This document shows, piece after piece, positions 58,627-64,000 of a DNA stretch of 64,000 nucleotides; position 1 is the stretch's first letter, and every line of letters starts with the position of its first letter. A program made the translations under genes and the position numbers. The notes under the pieces are model-generated. The model saw only the letters and a list, made by a program, of their open reading frames with translations. It did not search any database and had not been told where the DNA came from. Source of the stretch: Candidatus Methanomethylophilaceae archaeon (GTDB lineage: Archaea; Thermoplasmatota; Thermoplasmata; Methanomassiliicoccales; Methanomethylophilaceae); NCBI GenBank assembly GCA_963676235.1, contig OY781044.1, positions 558,181 to 622,180 on the forward strand. The letters run 5' to 3'.

Positions 58627-58703
58627 TGGCGCCCATGCTGGAATTCGAATCCAGGTCAAGAGATCCGCAATCTCACAGGATATCCAAGCTACCCCACATG
58701 GGC
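58627..58703 (-). tRNA. tRNA-Arg (anticodon GCG), CCA encoded
   Basis: Reverse complement is GCCCATG TG GGGT AGCTTGGATA TCCT G TGAGA TTGCGGA TCTCT TGAC CTGGA TTCGAAT TCCAG CATGGGC G CCA. Confidence 0.85.
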
Positions 58704-58746
58704 TAATGCTGCGGAAAACACCTTAGTCTCTAAGTAAATAGTTTAT

Positions 58747-58938
58747 TCAGATCTCAGGACGAGACAAGTAACGTGTGACGTAACCTGCTATTCTGTTCCT
58801 CATTTTGACTGAGGAAACGTCTGTAAGAGCGTTAACCATCTCTTTGTTAGCGTCGAAATCCCTGCTGAAAGCCTGGGGATACTTGTTAACAAGTTCGATT
58901 GCTACCCTCTTGATATATGTGGGTCTTATTCTTCCCAT
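58747..58938 (-). CDS. rps17e: 30S ribosomal protein S17e
   Basis: MGRIRPTYIKRVAIELVNKYPQAFSRDFDANKE. ATG at 58938; the track start at 58950 adds 4 residues. Confidence 0.9.
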   Translation of the reverse strand: MGRIRPTYIKRVAIELVNKYPQAFSRDFDANKEMVNALTDVSSVKMRNRIAGYVTRYLSRPEI

Positions 58939-58988
58939 ATCATTCACCAACTAATCCGGATTAAGAATATTCCTTATATAAGCTTTTG

Positions 58989-59642
58989 TCAAACTTTTCT
59001 CGGCTTTCCACAAGATAACTTGCCTTCAGGGCACGGCCCTCTGACACAAGGAGGGCCCGCGGTCTTGAAAACAGTGGGTGAAACCTCTTTGCAAAACCTC
59101 AACATCTCATCTGCCATCTCCCTTATCTCCCACTGAGCACGGTTACAACATCTTAGCGAGAAAAAATGTAAGAGTTCACGTGCATTCATCGTGATCGTGA
59201 TATTGGTCGTACATCCATTTGGAAGTACATATCTTGCATCCTCCGGAGGAATCACCTTCTGAAGTTCATTATACGATTCCCATATCATATCCATGGTCTT
59301 GATGTACAACTCTTTGGACTTCTCATCGGCCTCGATAGTATTCGGTATAACATATGTAGGCTTATCTAGAGAAACGTACCTCTGGCTCTGTTGAGAGAAT
59401 GATGCTATTCTGTGCCTTACCAACTGATGAGTGAGCGCACGTGATACACCCTCGACAGAGAATGTGAAACTTGCATGTTCAATCACAGAGTTGTGACCCA
59501 TCCCGACGATCCTTTCCAAGATCTTATTAGGATCTCCGCGACCTAAAAGATCTGCAGATGATTCTTCCGAATAACATGATCTTCCTGCTGCAGCACATAT
59601 CGCATCTGCATTTTGCGTATAAGCTAAAAGTATGACTTTCAT
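58989..59642 (-). CDS. thyX: FAD-dependent thymidylate synthase ThyX
   Basis: ThyX signature RHRIASFSQQSQRY. Confidence 0.9.
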   Translation of the reverse strand: MKVILLAYTQNADAICAAAGRSCYSEESSADLLGRGDPNKILERIVGMGHNSVIEHASFTFSVEGVSRALTHQLVRHRIASFSQQSQRYVSLDKPTYVIPNTIEADEKSKELYIKTMDMIWESYNELQKVIPPEDARYVLPNGCTTNITITMNARELLHFFSLRCCNRAQWEIREMADEMLRFCKEVSPTVFKTAGPPCVRGPCPEGKLSCGKPRKV

Positions 59643-60400
59643 TTTGACTCTTCCGTGTACGTTCTATCATTCCAAACTTGCGATTTTAGCTTATCCAAAC
59701 TTTCCTTATCAAGCAATTCGGTCAATCTTACCTTCTTAATGGGAATATCATTCAAGATCTTGCACAACCCCTCTACGTGAGCATCTCCGACGACTATTAT
59801 CAAAGACTTGTATTTATCTGATGCTTCCCTGATCTTTTTGGCCATGTACTCATTCCTTTCATCTATGAGCTTTTTCACCAGAGTCGGATATTTCTTTCTC
59901 ATCTCTTCTATGTAATAATTCTCATCCGCAGAGAATTCTTTTTGAGTCTTGTCTATCTTCTTCTTTCCGAATATATTGTCAGTAAAAATGGAGAATGAAT
60001 ATTTTCTTCTTTCCATGAAAGACATCTCTTCCCAGAGTTCTTTCATGACTTTCTCTGCATCCTTGTCGATACAGATTATTTCAGCCTCAACGAGTTTTCC
60101 AGTATTTATCGCAGCCAATAATTCTCCACCTGTCTGAGTATCGTTCTTTTCAGACATCCTATCCTGATATTTTGCAGATTTCAGATATATCTTCGAAACA
60201 CCCTTTGGCGAAGTGATTGCTGTATCTTCAATCTTCGGATCGGTAAGTGCTTTGTACCTCTTCTCATCCAATTCAACAAGAACTGCTTCAGGCCATGAAT
60301 TCTTGATGATAAAAGACACAGAATCCGCTATGCGAAATACGTGCCCTGTGCCTATCATCGTTATCATGTTGAACTGTATGGTCTGCCTGATATAACTCAA
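59639..60400 (-). CDS. TraB/PrgY/GumN-family protein
   Basis: IGTGHV motif near the N terminus. The start is either TTG 60400 (TTGA overlap with the MORN gene) or ATG 60367. ATGA overlap with thyX. Confidence 0.65.
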   Translation of the reverse strand: MSYIRQTIQFNMITMIGTGHVFRIADSVSFIIKNSWPEAVLVELDEKRYKALTDPKIEDTAITSPKGVSKIYLKSAKYQDRMSEKNDTQTGGELLAAINTGKLVEAEIICIDKDAEKVMKELWEEMSFMERRKYSFSIFTDNIFGKKKIDKTQKEFSADENYYIEEMRKKYPTLVKKLIDERNEYMAKKIREASDKYKSLIIVVGDAHVEGLCKILNDIPIKKVRLTELLDKESLDKLKSQVWNDRTYTEESK

Positions 60401-60852
60401 TTGTTCTGATCTTCAAAATGATTCACCGGACAGCTTTCAACCCATTCTCCATCATATATGATCGAACCATCGGCCGCATAATGGATTCCGTTTCCGTCCA
60501 TCATGCCATTGAGAAAATCTCCGACATATTTTTCACCATTGGACCAAAACAATACTCCTTTTCCAGACTGAAAACCGTTCTCGAAATCCCCCTCGTAATG
60601 ATCCCCGCTGGGCCAGGATATCTTTCCTTTTCCTGTTCTGACGTCATCCACAAAGTCTCCTTCATAACGATTTCCATTAGCCCATGTGAATATGCCTTTT
60701 CCGGTTCTGGTACCATTGACAAAATTACCTTGATACGTATCTCCATTTTCCCAGAAGAACATACCTACCCCATCCTCGATTGGATCGTCTTCAGAACCTA
60801 TGACATCTCCGAAATAGTATCCGTTGTCGTATTGTAATCTAAGAATTGGCAT
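60397..60852 (-). CDS. MORN-repeat protein
   Basis: About five tandem YxGxFxxGxxxGxG repeats (YQGNFVNGTRTGKG, YEGDFVDDVRTGKG, YEGDFENGFQSGKG, YVGDFLNGMMDGNG). Confidence 0.8.
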   Translation of the reverse strand: MPILRLQYDNGYYFGDVIGSEDDPIEDGVGMFFWENGDTYQGNFVNGTRTGKGIFTWANGNRYEGDFVDDVRTGKGKISWPSGDHYEGDFENGFQSGKGVLFWSNGEKYVGDFLNGMMDGNGIHYAADGSIIYDGEWVESCPVNHFEDQNN

Positions 60853-60956
60853 ATTGATACTTAGTATGGAATAGAACGTACATATAATATTATCTGCCTA
60901 TATTTTGACCGAAAACACTACAAATAAAATCATCATACCTAGTCTTGGGTTCAAAG

Positions 60957-61622
60957 ATGAGAAAATACGATCTGGTATGTTTTGACATGGACGGCGTCCT
61001 TACGAAATTAAGAAGCTCATGGTGCTGGATACATCAATGCTTAGAGGTGGATAACGAACCTTCATACCAAGCATACTGCAACGGAGACATCGATGAACCT
61101 GAATTCATGAGAAGGGATATCGGACTGTGGAAGACCATAAAACCAGATGTCAACATCTCGGACCTTATACGTTTTTTCAAAGACATGCCCATAATCGATG
61201 GAATTCAAGAGACAATTGCGTGTCTAAGTGACAACAGTATCCACAGTGTGATAGTCAGTGGCGGTATAGATCTTGCAGCTAAGATGCTCACAAATGAATT
61301 CGGATTCGACGATTATGTAGCCGATTCCATTTGTATAGATGAAAACGGAAAACTTACCGGAGAAGGCATCATGAACGTAGACCTGAAAGACAAAGGCATA
61401 AACGTCAGAGAATACATCAAAAAATACAACACAACTCCAGAACGCACCGTTGCTATAGGAAATTCTTACACGGATATCCCCATGTTCAAGAACAGTGGAA
61501 TGTCGATTGCGTTCAACCCTACGGATATTTACACCGAAGAAGCTGCCACTCATACGCTGAGGACCGACAACATCTCCGATGTATTGGATCTTATTTTGGA
61601 TAATGAAGAGGAACTTCACTGA
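60957..61622 (+). CDS. HAD-superfamily (subfamily IB, SerB-like) phosphatase
   Basis: Motif I CFDMDGVL, motif II VIVSGG, and a C-terminal GNSYTDIPM. ATG at 60957; the track start is TTG 60945. Confidence 0.7.
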   Translation: MRKYDLVCFDMDGVLTKLRSSWCWIHQCLEVDNEPSYQAYCNGDIDEPEFMRRDIGLWKTIKPDVNISDLIRFFKDMPIIDGIQETIACLSDNSIHSVIVSGGIDLAAKMLTNEFGFDDYVADSICIDENGKLTGEGIMNVDLKDKGINVREYIKKYNTTPERTVAIGNSYTDIPMFKNSGMSIAFNPTDIYTEEAATHTLRTDNISDVLDLILDNEEELH

Positions 61623-62410
61623 GTGTCTTCTTCATCCCCAAAATCGAAGTCTTGATCTTCATCATCGAAGACGGGCTTATTGGATTTCGAAGCCTTCTTA
61701 CCGGCAACAGCCTTGTAATCATCCTTGTCATCATCCTCATCGGAAATGTCATAATCAGCTTCATTGAATTCAGCATTGTCATCCTCGTCGCCGAAATCAA
61801 GAACGTCATACTCCTTTCTCCTTATCTTTCCGTAGATCCTGACGATCTCTCTTGCTTCCGCAGTACCGTTCTTAAGAAGACGCTCTTTGGTTTTGATCGC
61901 GTGTATCACTGCGTTAAAATCCTCGAATAAAAGCATCATTCCACATGTGTATTCATCATCGGGTTCAGAATCAATACGAAGTGAATATGTCCTGCGTACA
62001 TCATTCACTGAGACTTTGAGACTCAAGACATCATAACTCTTGACCCAGAGTTTTTTGATATGGGTTGCCTGAGCTCTCTTCACACGTTTTCCACCCTCAA
62101 CATCCAAGAAAGTAACGCATACCCTCCTTCCGTCATCTAGATAAAACTCATCACCGATAACAACTATATCGTCGCTTTCCAACTGTGTCTGTGTCTTACC
62201 TGTCAAATCTCCATCACTGAACAGAACCGGCACAACGAGTGTCTTGGGAATCCTTATTGTATCTGAGAACGTACGGTTACACTCCGTACAGCGGAATGTC
62301 CCTGTAACATTATCTTTTCCGATCCTTGCTTTAAGGATGGCATGCTCTGTAATATCTTTACAATTCGGACACTCGTAGTAAATGAATTCAGGCATATCTT
62401 TGCTGACCAT
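61616..62410 (-). CDS. Zn-ribbon protein with an extremely acidic C-terminal tail
   Basis: CPNC-N21-CTEC, then a beta-rich middle region, then about 70 residues dominated by D/E. The start is GTG 62419 (GTGA overlap) or ATG 62410. Confidence 0.6.
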   Translation of the reverse strand: MVSKDMPEFIYYECPNCKDITEHAILKARIGKDNVTGTFRCTECNRTFSDTIRIPKTLVVPVLFSDGDLTGKTQTQLESDDIVVIGDEFYLDDGRRVCVTFLDVEGGKRVKRAQATHIKKLWVKSYDVLSLKVSVNDVRRTYSLRIDSEPDDEYTCGMMLLFEDFNAVIHAIKTKERLLKNGTAEAREIVRIYGKIRRKEYDVLDFGDEDDNAEFNEADYDISDEDDDKDDYKAVAGKKASKSNKPVFDDEDQDFDFGDEEDTQ

Positions 62411-62415
62411 GTAAA

Positions 62416-62991
62416 TCACCTTTCGGTCATGAATGGGAAATCGTGTCCCGGGACGACCATATCTGCATAATTGCTTATTGCTTTTATACTTTCTAACGCA
62501 AGTTCAGAATCGCAATTGACCGCGGGTGGTTTCATCTTCGTGAAATTATCCCTTAAAGGTATAGCATCTCCAGCTATAACATACTTGATGTCAGCATCTA
62601 TGAAAACACTCATAGAGCCCATTGTATGGCCCGGTGTATGAACAAGTCTAACACCTTTTGAAAGCTCTATATCATGATCTATGAGCTTTACCCCGGGGAT
62701 CTCTGTTTCCTCACCGGTATGCATCAAAATCTGCGCCTTGGGAAACATATCGATATTTCCTGTATGATCGGCATGAGAATGCGTCAAAACTACAGTATCC
62801 ACATCTTTTGGAAGGACCATCAATTGTTTGAATGATGTTTTGATAGCCGATTTCATCTCTTTCGTGCTGGTGTCAACCACTATCGTTCTATCGTCTGCTC
62901 TTATGAGAACCGATGTAGAATTCGAAGTGATGATCGAACCATCTTCACCTCTTTCGAGATTCCCTATCGCCAAAACATCCAAACTTATCAT
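62416..62991 (-). CDS. MBL-fold metallo-hydrolase
   Basis: THSHADHTGN metal motif, and downstream HTPGHT and GHD. Confidence 0.85.
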   Translation of the reverse strand: MISLDVLAIGNLERGEDGSIITSNSTSVLIRADDRTIVVDTSTKEMKSAIKTSFKQLMVLPKDVDTVVLTHSHADHTGNIDMFPKAQILMHTGEETEIPGVKLIDHDIELSKGVRLVHTPGHTMGSMSVFIDADIKYVIAGDAIPLRDNFTKMKPPAVNCDSELALESIKAISNYADMVVPGHDFPFMTER

Positions 62992-63068
62992 AATTCGTTA
63001 TATATCTCTCATCTAAAACTACCTTCCTATCCGTACATTTTATTTGTAGATATTACATCAGATACTTG

Positions 63069-63641
63069 ATGAAATACGATCCACTCATCAAGATAACAGA
63101 AAACGAAGAAGTATATCCGCCATCAGATGACAGCATTATGCTTATAAGATCCTTCGATGTAAAGGATGATGAATCTGTTTTAGAATTGGGATGCGGATCC
63201 GGTATCGTATCTATACACTGTGCTAGGGATGGCGCAAAGGTCACGTGTGGAGATATCAATCCAAAAGCAGTTGAATTGACAAAACTCAATGCCAGCAATA
63301 ATGGTGTGGTCTTGGATGTAAGAGAAACGGACATTTATTCTGATATTGATGGAATGTACGACACTATAATCTTCAATCTCCCATATCTTCCAGTACAAGA
63401 TAAGGGAGAACTTGCCAAAGCATGGTCTGGCGGAGAAGATGGCATGGGGCCACTACCGGAACTATTGGAATATGCGCCTGCATACCTCAACTCAGACGGC
63501 AGAGTCATCATCGTCGTCTCCTCCCTTATGAATGAGAGAAAACTCTCAAACCTGCTCTCTAACTATGAAGTCAAAGAACTTTCAGAACTCCCGCTGTTCT
63601 TTGAGAAATTGAAGGTGTTGGAGATAACATTCAACCGATGA
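63069..63641 (+). CDS. HemK/Mtq2-like class I methyltransferase
   Basis: Motif I LELGCGSG and an NPPY-like FNLPYLP. Confidence 0.7.
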   Translation: MKYDPLIKITENEEVYPPSDDSIMLIRSFDVKDDESVLELGCGSGIVSIHCARDGAKVTCGDINPKAVELTKLNASNNGVVLDVRETDIYSDIDGMYDTIIFNLPYLPVQDKGELAKAWSGGEDGMGPLPELLEYAPAYLNSDGRVIIVVSSLMNERKLSNLLSNYEVKELSELPLFFEKLKVLEITFNR

Positions 63642-64000
63642 GTTTGGTTATTTCCTGAGCAAGCAGATCGTTTGCCTGTTTACCGTCTATCTTTCCTCTC
63701 AATGCACCCATCACAGGCCCCATAAGGGGGCCGATAGCGTCCAATCCCTTGCTGCGTATGAAATCCTCGCGTTCTTTGACTATCTTTGCGATGATTGCAA
63801 CAGCTTCATCTGCATCAACGGACTCCAATCCCAATTTCTTGATGGCCTTCTCGATATCTGTTCCGACAGCTAATTCTCTAAGAAGTACGGGTATGGCCTC
63901 TTTGGAGAACCGATTCTGCTTCAGCATCGAGAACATCTCGAAGATCACATCGTGCGAAACAGCATTCATATCCAATCCGTCGTGTTCCAATTCTGTGAAT
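63631..64000 (-). CDS. C-terminal GatB/YqeY domain of an aminoacyl-tRNA amidotransferase subunit (GatE or GatB); 5' part lies outside the window
   Basis: The reading frame stays open to the window end (..FTELEHDGL..). It ends with PLMGPVMGALRGKIDGKQANDLLAQEI, typical of GatB_Yqey. Confidence 0.65.
   Translation of the reverse strand, partial: FTELEHDGLDMNAVSHDVIFEMFSMLKQNRFSKEAIPVLLRELAVGTDIEKAIKKLGLESVDADEAVAIIAKIVKEREDFIRSKGLDAIGPLMGPVMGALRGKIDGKQANDLLAQEITKLIG

Overview
This looks like a chromosomal segment of a low-GC, methyl-reducing methanogenic archaeon, probably Methanomassiliicoccales-like. That placement is inferred from a complete coenzyme F430 (cfb) operon, two corrinoid-protein/URO-D methyltransferase modules, a thermosome, ribosomal protein S17e and archaeal-type tRNAs. 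I call about 60 protein genes and 4 tRNAs (Ser-CGA, Arg-UCG, Thr-GGU, Arg-GCG). I saw no rRNA, CRISPR array, transposase or integrase. Gene order, left to right: proA (cut by the window edge); tRNA-Ser followed by an AT-rich restriction-modification islet (Sau3AI-like REase, C5-MTase, Vsr); three tandem Zn-ribbon/TM paralogs; the cfbC-A-E-D-B operon; a BtuFCD-like ABC importer operon carrying two small membrane proteins and a SAM methyltransferase; corrinoid module 1 (corrinoid protein, URO-D methyltransferase, Cys-rich protein, hydantoinase-like ASKHA ATPase) next to a receiver-GAF-PAS-HATPase sensor; Usp, GNAT and TerC; a chaperone block (thermosome, grpE-dnaK-dnaJ); glnN (type III GS) with a fused gltB; an uncharacterised five-gene operon (Zn-ribbon proteins, a 4-TM protein, a helical protein, a YdjI-like SPFH protein); TspO; a purine salvage cluster (hpt, ade, apt); hypE; DUF1015; corrinoid module 2 (HTH regulator, MFS transporter, corrinoid protein, URO-D methyltransferase); an NFACT/RqcH homolog flanked by tRNAs; S17e, thyX, TraB and MORN genes; HAD, MBL and methyltransferase genes; and a GatB/E C-terminal fragment. 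The strongest leads are the five-gene SPFH/Zn-ribbon operon (38966..43478), the two MT1-less corrinoid modules, and a 15-nt motif shared by two promoters in module 2. All functional calls come from motif and family recognition by eye on the supplied translations. No database search was run.
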